A stretch of DNA of 64,000 bases, taken from Octopus sinensis (taxonomy: Eukaryota). The stretch lies in contig NC_043002.1 in the NCBI RefSeq assembly GCF_006345805.1, positions 5,518,001 through 5,582,000 of the forward strand, written 5' to 3'. Position numbers and translations under genes: made by a program. Each line of letters opens with the position of its first letter. Within the stretch, counting starts at the first letter, position 1. Positions 1 to 12,066 of the stretch are shown here, piece after piece. The notes under the pieces were generated by a model. The model was not told where the DNA came from. It searched no databases and was given only the letters and a program-made list of their open reading frames with translations.

Positions 1-116
1 GTCTGTGTTTATCTATGTATGTGTGTGTATGTGGATATATATATATATATGAATATATTAATGTATGTATATATGCAAATGTGTGTGTATATATATATAT
101 ATATGTATGTATATAT

Positions 117-152
<36 letters not shown>

Positions 153-153
153 G

Positions 154-245
<92 letters not shown>

Positions 246-255
246 TGTATATATC
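1..255. repeat. (AT)n / (ATGT)n microsatellite, one of many
   Basis: Direct observation. Similar (AT)n blocks at about 1600-1735, 10410-10490, 14860-15090, 22340-22470, 24060-24220, 42760-42925, 44050-44145, 48810-48900, 56290-56455 and 57900-58040. Confidence 0.97.
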
Positions 256-904
256 GTTTGCAACAGATATTAGTGTGCGATACAAAACGCAACTAGATAG
301 AAATCATTTGTTAATGGCATAAACATGTTGTTTGAGAATTGTGGAAGTCATCAAGTTCTCTTTATACGACACAGTATAACAAAAATCGAGGATGGGCGAG
401 TAGTGCCAGTTTTATCGATGCCATATTTCAACAACCCCCGAAAAGTTGAAAAACAAATTCATCTAATACGACTCGCTACTATTTTGCCAAACACCGACGA
501 CGTGGAAGATCTAATGATTTCGGTCAAGGTCACACATTTAGTTGGAAGCGTATAGTTGATTTGACGGACATCGGTGCGTGACTGGTACTTTGTTTCATCA
601 ACCCCATAAGGATGAAAGTCAAAGTCTCAAGGAGGATTTTTAAGTAAGACTGAAAAGAGGCGTAACCAATGCATTTTATCTTTGACTCAAGAAATTTTTC
701 TGTTGCTCTACCGATTCTGCGAATTCTCTGCCCTTCTTGGAAGATACATTGGAAACCAAAATATACACAAAGCTTATACACAGAGACACTGAACACCAGG
801 GGTAAAGCAACATCAGTAATTAAAAAAATAATATAACGAACCAACTGCATTGCCCCTATGAGATCATTCGATCTACTAGAAGTAGCAGTCAAAAATTAGC
901 TTAA

Positions 905-1160
905 ATTACATCCGACCATCTGAAAAGTGTTGAGTTGCCTAGATATTCGTGCATGACATTCACCAAATCTTTTGATCCAGTAGCCTTGAACTTCATCTGG
1001 TCCCGGGGCCTTCCAGTTGCTCATCTTTTTGCTGATTTCCTTCACTACCCTAACTTAAATGACTAATTCTGCTTGTTTTGTACAGACTACTGTTTGCTTC
1101 AGTTCTTGCAACCATTCAGCATCCTTCTTGTGCTCCTTGTCTTTGCTCCAGATGTCATTC
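905..1160 (-). mobile_element. Non-LTR retrotransposon fragment, R4/Dong-like, region upstream of RT
   Basis: Hand translation IWSKDKEHKKDAEWLQELKQ...*VRVVKEISKKMSNWKAPGPDEVQGYWIKRF. The WKAPGPD.VQGYW.K motif is typical of R4-clade elements. One in-frame stop. Confidence 0.75.
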
Positions 1161-1493
1161 CCTCATCGCATGCCTTGATCAAGTTTTATTTTCCTCTGCT
1201 ACACTACTCGCTACATATTCAATAAACAATAAACGTTTAATTAAGTACAGTAAGAATTCGTTTTAATATTCCCGGCTGAAATTGAATTTGTTGGACATCT
1301 TACACGCTGGTGGAACTTGTATGCCACCGAAAACGGTAATGAAAACAAAAAAAAAAAAGAATTTAACTGGCATGCATGCTTCATAAATAAAAATAGTTAT
1401 ATATACACATATACACTTACACATACATGTATACACACTACGTGTGTGTCTTTCATAGTATATGTAGATATACACTTACATACATATACGGCT

Positions 1494-1528
<35 letters not shown>

Positions 1529-1695
1529 TATAATAAATACAATTGTATGTGTATATATATATGCTCATGTATGTATACATGTTTACATAAACATATGTAC
1601 ACACACAAATATTATATATTATATATATATATTATATATATAATATATATATATTATATATATATATGTATATATATATAATATACATATATATG

Positions 1696-1738
<43 letters not shown>

Positions 1739-2212
1739 AACTTAATCGTGGCCTGACTGGCATCTCCATGTTTCCTGAAATTTATATCCACAACTTTATC
1801 GGTATATTTACACTCTCTAAGATGTTACTAATTGATTTGAGAACTTACATTATTGGAAAACCTATATGAAATTAGCTGAAGATTACTTGACATATTATAT
1901 TGCTGTAATATTTGCAGCTTTAATAAATTGTTATAGTATGAAACAATTGTACTAAATTACCGGATCCATTCTTGTTGCTTATTTTTTGGTTATATGTATG
2001 TATATATATATATATATATATATATGATATATATACATGTATGTATACATGTTTACATAAATATCTGTACACAAACAAACATATAACGCGTCTTAAAAAA
2101 CATAGATTAGAGTTTGACAGAATTAGCGAATCAAGCTGAAATTCTGAACATGAATGCGTCCACTCTGGATTGGGAATGTCTGTACTTAAATTTATGCGTA
2201 AGGTTGTCTTAC

Positions 2213-2337
2213 TTTTTGGCCTCTCGCAGATATAGGCTTGAACTATAGAGCAAGATTTGTCATTGAGGCCGTGCCCCCAGATCTCAGCACACCATTCAGT
2301 TCCACCCCAGTTATTTGGTTCATGGTCGTTCCAAACT
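2213..2337 (-). CDS. C-type lectin domain, exon C (EPN / LND Ca2+-sugar site)
   Basis: Acceptor ttctatttcag|A and donor CCAAAAA|gtaaga. 125 nt, phase 2 to phase 1. Encodes VWNDHEPNNWGGTEWCAEIWGHGLNDKSCSIVQAYICERPK with the conserved Cys pattern and no stop, so the gene continues to the left. Confidence 0.93.
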
Positions 2338-2436
2338 CTGAAATAGAACAGAATAAAAATCAATTGAAACTGTTTCAAGACAGCTAAAAGAAAATAGGGC
2401 GAATGGGATCATGAAAACTATTGGACTGTAGGTCTC

Positions 2437-2473
<37 letters not shown>

Positions 2474-2602
2474 GGGAGAGAGAGAGAAATAGAGAGATTG
2501 AGTGAGTGATAAAATAAAGATAACGAGAAACACAAGACAAAAATTATTAGGTTAAAAGGTAAAAAACTAATATACAAATTATTTCAGCATTGCAGACGTA
2601 TA

Positions 2603-2650
<48 letters not shown>

Positions 2651-3890
2651 TGTGTGTGTGTGTGTTGTGTGTGTGTGTGTGTGTGTTGTGTGTGTGTGTT
2701 TGTTTGTGTGTTGCACACAACTTGATGACTGATGTTAGTTTGCTTATACCAATGTAACTTAGTGGCTCGGCAAAAGAGACCAGCAGATTGAGAACTTAAT
2801 TTTTTTGTGACAGAACACTTTCAAATTTCCGACACTGGTAGAATGTATCATATAAAACCTCTTTTACTCTTAGTAAAAGATGTTTTATATGACGGAAGTT
2901 GTTGTTGACAAACAACAGCAGTAATTTTATTCAGCTGAACACACGTCATTGATTGGTTGAAATTACCGAAATACGACACCTTTAACACGAAATAACTTTG
3001 AACATATAAACTTTTCTCAACAACACTAAGAGTAAAAGATGTTTTATATGACACATTCTACCAAAGTTTGAAAGTGTTTAGTTACAAAAAATTAATTTCT
3101 CGATCTGCCGTTCAAAAGGTAAAGATCCGACTTAAAAGATCCAGACTTAAAAAAAGAAAAATAAGTACTAGGGCCATTGGTGCCCCAGTTTGGCCGCAAT
3201 TCAATACATGAAGCAAGTAAAATACACTCCTATTCTTTCATTCTGTTCTTCAGTTACTCCTTATTTGAATTTTTTATTCTGTTCTTTTTCAGTTACTTTG
3301 TATTTGCTTTTATTTTTTTTATTTTTAAATAACTCCTTTTTCTAATATTTCAGTCTTGTTACAGTTGCTCTACTTTTTGCGCTCATATTGTTAATTTTCA
3401 CCAATCTTCTTTCTTTACTCCTTAATTTATTTTCAGTTTGTTCTTTTACATTTTGATTTACCAATTTTATTGAAGAATATAATTTTGATAATGAATTACT
3501 TGGAGCTTCTCGTCCATTTGTGTTCGCTCTGGTGACAGACACACTTATACGGAGGGACACCTCTTTCTCTACTTTTCCGCCCACACAAAATCAGCTGACC
3601 ATTTGTGCGTAGCAGTATTTCCTCACCAAGTTATTTTTCAGCGTCACATGAGCAGTGACACTTGTGCAAAAAGCCTACAATATCAGTGTCATCTGGTGAG
3701 AGCTATTTGAGCCATTGTGATGTATATTAGAAAACCCAGTGAGATTGAACCCGAAACCGCGCAGTTTCAAAGTGAGCTTCTTAACTACACAGTCATGCAT
3801 CTGGAAAAGTTCATGAATGAAAATAGGGATTAAGTAAAAAAAGAGAATTGCTATTTCATCTGTCTTATGTTGGAGATATTTGTATAAGAT

Positions 3891-4130
3891 AAGGCGGCGA
3901 GCTGGCAGAAACGTTAGCACACCGGGCGAAGTTGTTCGCGGTATTTCGCCCGTCGCTACGTTGTGAGTTCAAATTCCGCCGAGGTCGACTTTGCCTTTCA
4001 TCCTTTCGGGGTCGATAAATTAAGTACCAGTTACGCACTGGGGTCGATGTAATCGACTTAATCCGTTTGTTTGTCCTTGTTTGTCCCCTCTGTGTTTAGC
4101 CCCTTGTGGGTAATAAAGAAACAGATATTT
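3891..4130 (+). mobile_element. tRNA-derived SINE, family A (aaggcggcgagctggcagaa...gtcgactttgcctttcatcctttcggggtcgataaattaagtacc)
   Basis: B-box-like GAGTTCAAATTCC; near-identical to more than 15 other copies in the window. Confidence 0.9.
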
Positions 4131-4207
4131 TCTTACATGGCTTACATGGCTTTGTGGGTAATAAAGAAACAGATATTTTCTTACATGGCTTACATGACTT
4201 AACTTAC

Positions 4208-4347
4208 ATGGCTTTTTCAGCAATAGGGGTACCATCTGTCCATACCCATTTCAGTTCCTTCTTGCGGTCATTTAGACCAAGCCACCACTCACTCGTTCGC
4301 AGAGTATCAGTTGACTGAACTTTGCCAATCTGTGTTAAAATCCAGTT
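4208..4347 (-). CDS. C-type lectin domain, exon B (WIGL-type segment); not in the supplied ORF track
   Basis: Acceptor ttttatttgtag|AAC and donor GCCAT|gtaagt. 140 nt, phase 0 to phase 2. Encodes NWILTQIGKVQSTDTLRTSEWWLGLNDRKKELKWVWTDGTPIAEKA(I). Phases join exon A and exon C exactly. Confidence 0.93.
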
Positions 4348-5439
4348 CTACAAATAAAAAAAAGGTTAAAAATAAGTTTTAAAAGGAACAATAAAGGTGA
4401 TTATACTTTAATTATAATTGTTTTGTTATTGTCATACCCTCCACTCTAGTAAAGACAGTCGTTTGGTAAGATCATTCGAGCATCGGACAAATAACTTGTG
4501 ATAATTGTTCCAGCTCTTTGCATTTAACTCCTTCAGAGGATGACAAAGTACCTGTCAAGTACTAGAAACGATTTCCCCGCTCCCCGTCTCTCAGAACCGG
4601 CTCCACTTTGATAAATAGGAAGACAAAGATATCTATGGATGTAATCGTGTGTATTTCTAAAATGCCTATCCGAGATTGAAAAGTCGTTCACAAAAATACG
4701 TTTGAATTTCAATATGTACGACGACAACAACAACACGAGTGACAACATCAACAACAATACAAAATACAAAATGGCTGACCGTTAGTAAGGAGAGACACAC
4801 AAATAAGAAAGAAGAAAGCAAAGGACCACTGATGAGGTCACAGAAGTGTGAAGAAAGAACTCTGGCCGAAATAAGATTAAGATTAAAGTAAAAAGTAAAT
4901 AACGCTGAAGCAAAGTAATACCACATATATAGTGCGTGTGTTTTTATTGGCTAAACTGGCAAAATGACCATTCCTAAATACAACAATATCTGTTTCAACA
5001 CACGATTTCACATCAGAAATCTTGCAAAACAAATGGCGGTGCCCCAGCATGGCCACAGCTCATAAGCTGAAACTGGAATCAATCAATCATATAAACGTAA
5101 AATAGAAACATTCTTTATGTTTTTGCAACATTTGCGATTTCTCATTCCTGTTTTCTCCTATCATGTAATTTTGGTTCCTCTGTCTAAACCGTAGAATCTT
5201 GATACATTTTTGTTTTATAGGCAGCGTTTCACTCATTAAAGATTACTCTTACCAGCACCATAAGCATTCCTGCGAAATTGCATAGGTTTCTTGTGTCCAA
5301 CTTCCCTTCTTTCATAGGAAGAAACTTTTAATCCCTTCCTGCATCACTTATATAAACGTCACCCACTTTTCAGTAGCACTTTTATCTCTTAAAATCTTAT
5401 TTTGTCTGTATAAATTCCATATTTTTTTTCTTCTGCATT

Positions 5440-5860
5440 TCAATAACCGTAATATCCCGCATTCCAATTTTTTCTCAAAATTTCAATAAGAATGTCGAAT
5501 TGAATCGCATTATGATCGGAGCTACAAAGGGAAGATTTACTTTCAAATCTTCTATGATCAAACGTTCTTTACTCAGAAATAAATCAAGTTTACTTAGCCT
5601 TTAGTAGGCTCATTTATGTACCATATTGCAAAGCAATCCAATACTACATCTAAAACATTTTTGCGCTATGTTGTTTGAATTGAAAATGTTCCGGTCGATA
5701 GAACTCTATTAAAATCATCTCATATGACTATATCTGTAAATCTATTACGATCTTCTTTAATAATTCCATTTATTCTCTCGTAACTCACTTCCCTATATGT
5801 AGCTCTGTTATAACACAGTTCAACTGTTAATACTATGTTCTTTTGTCGGGACTTTCTTCA
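5440..5860 (-). mobile_element. CR1-type LINE apurinic endonuclease pseudogene fragment (may extend to about 7270, interrupted by a SINE and a Helitron)
   Basis: Frameshifted translation IVI*DDFN...RKNVLDVVLDCFAIWYINEPTKG...KLDLFLSKE...CSSDHNAIQFDIL matches the APE motifs GDFN, EPTRG, LDL and SDH. Confidence 0.7.
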
Positions 5861-6253
5861 AAATTTTTCTATTATTGGTTCACTACAAAGTTAGTTGAAA
5901 TAACATTTTTTACTTGTTTGTATGACCTATCATTTCTAAATGTAATATATGTATTTAAGTTAATCTCGCAGCTACTGATTAATCTATGCCTTCGTTCAAG
6001 CTTCTGTTCATATTATAATATCTGGATGGGACAACGAGCTAGCAGAACTCTTACCACACCGGGGGCAAAATGCTTTGCGGTATTTCGTCCATCTTATGTT
6101 TTGCGTTCAGTTTTACTCCATCCCCCGAAATTGCTGGCCTTGTGCCAAAATTTAACTCTGGAATTTTATTCACACTGCTTATCGCATTCAGTAACAAACG
6201 CTTGAACTTCCTTGATTCAGTACACTGCTTATAGTTACTTAGCGAACTATATA

Positions 6254-6623
6254 TCTCTCTATATATAAACAGCAAAATGTCTGTGTGTGTGTGTGTGTCC
6301 TTTATACAAATCCACAATTTTTCAGTTACAGGGCTCGCACTTTCTATGGTCATTCAAAACCGTCCAAGGGTGGTCGTGCATATCTTTACATTTGCCCGGT
6401 CACCCCGCAAAGCCATTAAAAAATCAATAGAAGTGACTTTTTTGTGAATTTTCTATCCAAAACCCAATCAAAATGCCTGAAACTTGATACGCCAATTGAA
6501 TGCCAGCTAGCTGTGTGTGATTGGTCAGAGATTTGGACAGCACTCGCGTGTATGTGCGCATGCACGCAGCTGTATATGTATGCACTAGCACTATGACCCG
6601 GCGTTGCCGGGTCATAGTGCTAG
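6254..6623 (+). mobile_element. Non-autonomous Helitron, apparently complete
   Basis: 5' A|TC(TCTCTATATATAA), internal (GT)n, 3' hairpin and CTAG|T end. Inserted between A and T with no TSD. Confidence 0.7.
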
Positions 6624-7314
6624 TCCATTATATGTTAAATCGTTTTCTTTAATATTCTGTAGCAGCTTACCTACACCGCTATTATTCTCCATCGTCTCTT
6701 TTACGATATATTTGTTTTCTAAAGGAGGCTCCTTCAAAATTTTTCCAGCTCTTCTTCGTTCGGATTATTATCACATATTTTGTTGTTTTTCTCATTATTT
6801 ATTTGTCAGGTCTCGTGCAAAACAAATTACATTTTTTTCAATCAATGTGATCCTTTGCATTGTTGAGGCTTTTTCCTACCCTCAAAATCTCCTTTTTCTT
6901 TCCCCTTCCTCTCCTTAAACCAGACAAGAAAGTGATCTTGGTGTGACCTTTCCCTCTTCCGTATCTTATCTAATCTAACGCCATAAAATACATAATTTTC
7001 TGTAAAACATAAATGACCACTTATTCTTCCATATATTGGCAAGACTAAGCCCCTACGTCAAACTTTTCTTAGCCTTGTCTTAGGATCCTTCATCCTCAAG
7101 TTCATAAACCATATTATCCTTCTTCTCTGTTCCCTTATTTTTTTTCAGTTATGTCCTCTTCTACAAATCTTCCAATCTTTTCTTTTTTTTCTCCCCCAGT
7201 TCCTCAAATCTCTCATCAATTTTATCCAATTTAACATACTGTCGTCAATTATTTTTTACCTTAGTTCCTGAGAACCAATTAACTAATTGCTATGCCTTTG
7301 TGTGTGTGTGTGTG

Positions 7315-7350
<36 letters not shown>

Positions 7351-7885
7351 CTGTTACATACAACTCTATTAGAACATGTATTAAAACATACGTGTTCTAA
7401 TACATTCACTGTGTTATCAATTACTACAAACATGGCAACTCAAATCTTCCATCTTTAACTTCTTTTTCACTACATGTGCTACAATTACAGTTGTCAGTTA
7501 CCTTTCATAATTTCTGAAGCAGACACCTGATATACGGTGGTATTTCCTCTTACTTATGCCTTTTTTTTAGCTCTAATTAACAATTTCTGCGAACTCGTAC
7601 TTCTAGTAGTTTTTAAAACCATTTTTATTTCTCTTCTCCGTTTTCTTTCTTCTTTTTTTCTCTCTCTCTCTTCTTGAAGATTCTAATGATTGTAACGGTA
7701 CAACAAAGTAGTTTCACCCCGAACGCAAAAAAAAAATCGAATATCAAAGACTAAGATCTTTCATTTTTATTTTATTTATTTATTTGCGTTTGACAGAAAT
7801 GAAGCGATCATTGTATGTATGTATGTATGTATGTATGTATGCATTATGTATGTATGTATGTATGTATGTATGTAGTATGTATGTA

Positions 7886-7916
<31 letters not shown>

Positions 7917-8087
7917 ATGTAAATGTGCGGATTTGAATGTTTTGTCTTGTTCATGTATTCACATGCATATAGTTGCATGCCTAGATATGCTCATATATAC
8001 TTAAACGATAAACTTTTGGAAAGTTTTACAGATTTGTATGTATGAGTGAATGTGTGCATGTGTTTGTGTGTTCTAAAAAAAAACTTG

Positions 8088-8200
8088 AAATAACAGTCAA
8101 ATCTCCCTCAAATTACAACACACCGTTTTGAAACTAATAAAAATGTGATGGTCTCGACTACATTGCTTTTGATTATAGGTCTGTTCGATGAGAAATGACC
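8088..8200. repeat. Ancient dispersed repeat (gaaatagcagccaaatctccctcaaat... family); other decayed copies near 8580, 9220, 13380, 20050, 21485, 27530, 27655 and 35640
   Basis: Recurrent motif seen in both orientations across the window. Confidence 0.6.
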
Positions 8201-8635
8201 CGGGAACACAAAACAATTAAACATATAATTATGTACAAACTCTGTTGGATTTTATAATTGACTAATTGGAGCCCAGCATTTGCTAAGTCTTGTACTCTGT
8301 CTATCCTTGACGAGATAACGTGAAACCGTGAAACATTTTATCCTCTGTTCTTAATCATTTCTCACAATCATAATTACAGAAACATTACATTAGGTAAAAC
8401 ATCAAATTGGAAGAATTTCAATTTTTTTAGTGCTGTTTTTGTTTAGCCCCAGGTCAACCCTGATCAAGCAGACTAATGATCATAGGCATTCTAACCGTAG
8501 CAATCCAATGCCGCTCCACCGTAGTTCTGTTGATGATCATGCTACTGAATGCATATTTTTCTAAGAGAGTACGGTATGATTTGAGGGAGATATGGTTGTT
8601 ATTTCCAACTAGATAAATTGTTTTGTTGTTTGTCC

Positions 8636-8859
8636 CTTTTCGAGCCACGCTTGGCTCATAAGGGCCGGTTTCCCGGTTTCCTTGGCGTATAGGTTGTGGC
8701 GAAAGAGTCAACATAAGTTCGTCATTACCTTCTGCCAGAGCCGCGTGGAGCTTAGGTGTTTTCGCTCAAGAAACACACACATCACCCGGCCTGAGATTCA
8801 GGCCCGCGATCCCTATACCGCGAGTCCGCTGCTCTAAGCACTTGGCCATGTGCCTCCAC
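8636..8859 (-). mobile_element. SINE family B, degenerate, tail type 3
   Basis: Shared head and core; distinct tail (ggccggtttcccggtttccttggcgtat). Confidence 0.75.
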
Positions 8860-9318
8860 TAACTAGATAAATGTGAATATACAGTTTTATTCGATTGCTT
8901 GCTCAAATAATACTCTTAGTGAACGTGCTAACGAGGAAACCTCTAAGCGGTCGCTCAGCTTGCTTGAAATAGCTACCACTGTCCCTAAAAATGGAAGATT
9001 ACATCATATAAGATAATTATAGATATGCTTTAACTTACGGTGTGTTCATGACTGGAATGTTTTTGATCATACGTTCTCTTGCTTTAGGCTTGGCCTGGTG
9101 TTAAACAATAACAACAATGGAGTTCGAAACTTTCAGAAAGTAAAAAACAAAATACTCAAGATGTGACGTCACATCTTTTCTAAGAGGTTGATATGAAGCT
9201 AAGTTAATTGGCTTCACCTAGAAATAGCAGCTATATCTCCCCTCAAACCATGTCCTAGATACACATTGTCAGAAATAAAAAATAAGATATTTGAGGTTGG
9301 TATGTCATTCATTACATA

Positions 9319-9546
9319 CCTATTTCTTTACTACCCACAAGGGGCTAAACACAGAGGGGACAAAGAAGGACAGACATAGGTCGATTACATAGACCCCCGT
9401 GCGTAACTGGTACTTAATTTATCGACCCCGAAAGGATGAAAGGCAAAGTCGACCTCGGCGGAATTTGAACTCAGAACGTAACGACAGACGAAATACGGCT
9501 ACGCATTTCGCCCGGTGTGCTAACGTTTCTGCCATCTCGCCGCCTT
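9319..9546 (-). mobile_element. SINE family A copy
   Basis: Reverse complement of the family A consensus seen in this window. Confidence 0.9.
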
Positions 9547-9851
9547 CTTGTTCAATGAAAACTATTCGAACAGGATTCACAAAAGGCTAGACAACAAATC
9601 AAATACCATTTGAAATCGCGTTATTGATTTAATTTGTTCTTTAAGGGTTTTCATTTACTCATATCAACCCAAATACTTCGCGTGGTATTTATTTTATCAA
9701 TAAGAGGGAAAGTTGATCTAGATATAATGGGATCAATGAGTGACGACGGACACCAAAACGGATGTTTGCTCGACAAACCGATTTTTGTCCTACACCGATA
9801 TAAATCCATCCATCCATACATTTATATGCGTAAACATATCACTATATGTAA

Positions 9852-9908
<57 letters not shown>

Positions 9909-10393
9909 TGTGTGTGCGTGTGTGTGTGTGAAGTGTGAGCGCGCGTGTGTGTATTATGGATGTAGTTGCATGTTTCCGCTCACGTCCGTCTTCTCAGGAC
10001 TTCTGCAATTTCCGCCTAATAAATTTCATTCACAAAACTAAGGTCACGTTGTGGGCTATCTTAGAAGATACTAGCAGGAGATGCCACTCAATGAAATTAA
10101 AACCAGAGCTAAATGATTTATTTTCGAAAGGTTTGGTTTCACCAAAATAACCCTCATTTCCGTTTCCATGAATTTTTAATACATCACGTGTAAGCAGTCT
10201 AATGAGACAAACTAACCAATGGAACCTTAAAGCTTTTTGGACGATCTGGTTGTAAAATATTTATTTTCTTTAAGACAACTGCCTCATTAAAGTTTCAAAA
10301 TCTTCCTCCTTAATTTAGCTCCAAAATATTTACCTGGCAGGATTAGATATTTTCTTTACGAATTACACATACACACACACACATGCATGCATG

Positions 10394-10427
<34 letters not shown>

Positions 10428-10437
10428 TATATTATAT

Positions 10438-10482
<45 letters not shown>

Positions 10483-10490
10483 ATATATAT

Positions 10491-10820
10491 ATAATAGTTA
10501 TCGCCATACTAATATGGCATCTTATAAAAATAAGAAAAAAGCTGTCCGCTATTAGCTCCATGAGGCCATCGCCTTAAGTTAGCTATTTGATACACAAACT
10601 GTATCCATATAACCTTCGAACAATATCCCTGTATTGTAGCTGTATTGTAGCTGCCGGTCAAGTAGTGTGGAGCGACTGACCTCCCTTGTTCGAAGGTTAT
10701 ATGGATACAGTTTGTGTATCAAATAGCTAACTTAAGGCGATGGCCTCATGGAGCTAATAAGCGGACAGCTTTTTTCTTATTTTTATAAGAATGCCATATT
10801 AGTATGGCGATAACTATTAT
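10491..10820. mobile_element. Palindromic MITE with about 134-bp terminal inverted repeats, in a (TA)n tract
   Basis: Arms 10491-10623 and 10686-10820 are reverse complements apart from two 1-nt indels. 62-nt spacer; TA runs on both sides. Confidence 0.85.
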
Positions 10821-11254
10821 ATATATATATACATACATAAAATCAGACACACATGCACAAAGTGAGTGTTGTTAGTTTAGGGGTCGGCTACGTTTTAGGC
10901 GTTAGAGAATATATCCTCAATACCTGTTAAAAATACCTGAAAGCAAATCAGAGACAAGCGAGACAACTTACACCGGGGCCCTTTTCGATATTTCGTAATT
11001 GTTGTGACTTTTTAATGCTGCGTACCGACCAAGCCTACTGCAAGGTATATCGCCGACTATGACTATATGCTAAATGGCTTTTAAAAAACCATCCCCTGGC
11101 ATGTCGTAACGTTTCATGCCAGAGAAAAAAAAAATTCAAATATATATATTAGAAGCAACTCGAAGTATATAAACAAAATCGGTCACACATACACAAAGTG
11201 TGTGTGTGTTGTTAGTTCGTGGGTCGGCTGCATTTTAGGCATAAGAAAATATAT

Positions 11255-11857
11255 ATTTCTTTACTACCCACAAGGGGCCAAATACAGAGGGGACAAACAA
11301 GGTCAGACAAACGGATCAAGTCGATTACATCGACTCCAGTGCATAACTGGTACTTAATTTATCGACCCCGAAAGGATGAAAGGTAAAGTCCACCTCAGCG
11401 GAATTTGAACTCAGAACATAACGCCAGACGAATATCTATTTCTTTACTACCCACAAGGGGCTAAACATAGAGGGGATAAACAAGGACAGACAAACGGATT
11501 AAGTCGATTACATCGCGACACCAGTGCGTAACTGATACTTTATTTATCGACCCCGAAAGGACGAAAGGCAAAGTCGACCTCGGCGGAATTTGAACTCAGA
11601 ACATAACGCCAGACGAATATCTATTTCTTTACTACCCACAGGGGGCTAAACATAGAGGGGATAAACAAGGACAGACAAACGGATTAAGTCGATTACATCG
11701 CGACACCAGTGCGTAACTGATACTTTATTTATCGAGCCCGAAAGGACGAAAGGCAAAGTCGACCTCGGCGGAATTTGAACTCAGAACGTAGCGGCAGACG
11801 AAATACCGCTAAGCATTTCACCCGGCGTGCTAACGTTTCTGTCAGCACGCCGCCTTT
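11255..11857 (-). mobile_element. SINE family A trimer (one head plus three body units)
   Basis: Three about 180-bp units in tandem. Flanked by gcataagaaaatatat (11239-11254) and gcataagagaatatat (11858-11873), a 15/16 TSD. Confidence 0.9.
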
Positions 11858-12066
11858 GCATAAGAGAATATATTATCAATGATGGAGGACGCATGTGCAG
11901 AAAGGAGGTGAGGGAATGAGAAAGAAAGAGAAATAAAGAAGCATAAGAAGCGAATGAGTCTGAAGTGGGGGAAAATTTAAATTGCTGAAATATAAAAATG
12001 GGGTCACTAAAAAAAATGTTGGCAAAGAGTAGGAGAAAAAGACGTTCATTTAAGACCGTCGGTATC

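Noticed and set aside
9-322. YI/IY-rich ORFs, and similar HT, CV, ER, poly-E, poly-L and poly-S ORFs throughout the ORF track
   Set aside because: These are translations of (AT)n, (CA)n, (GA)n and trinucleotide microsatellites that simply lack stop codons; there is no coding signal.
1920-2212. Long read-through of exon C into the intron (97 extra codons)
   Set aside because: A strong gtaag donor at 2212 and run-on into (AT)n make an extended coding exon unlikely; there is no similarity to a domain.
11255-11857. CRISPR-like or tRNA-gene interpretation of repeated units and A/B-box heads
   Set aside because: The context is eukaryotic, the units are about 180-bp SINE bodies without unique spacers, and the heads cannot form a full cloverleaf.
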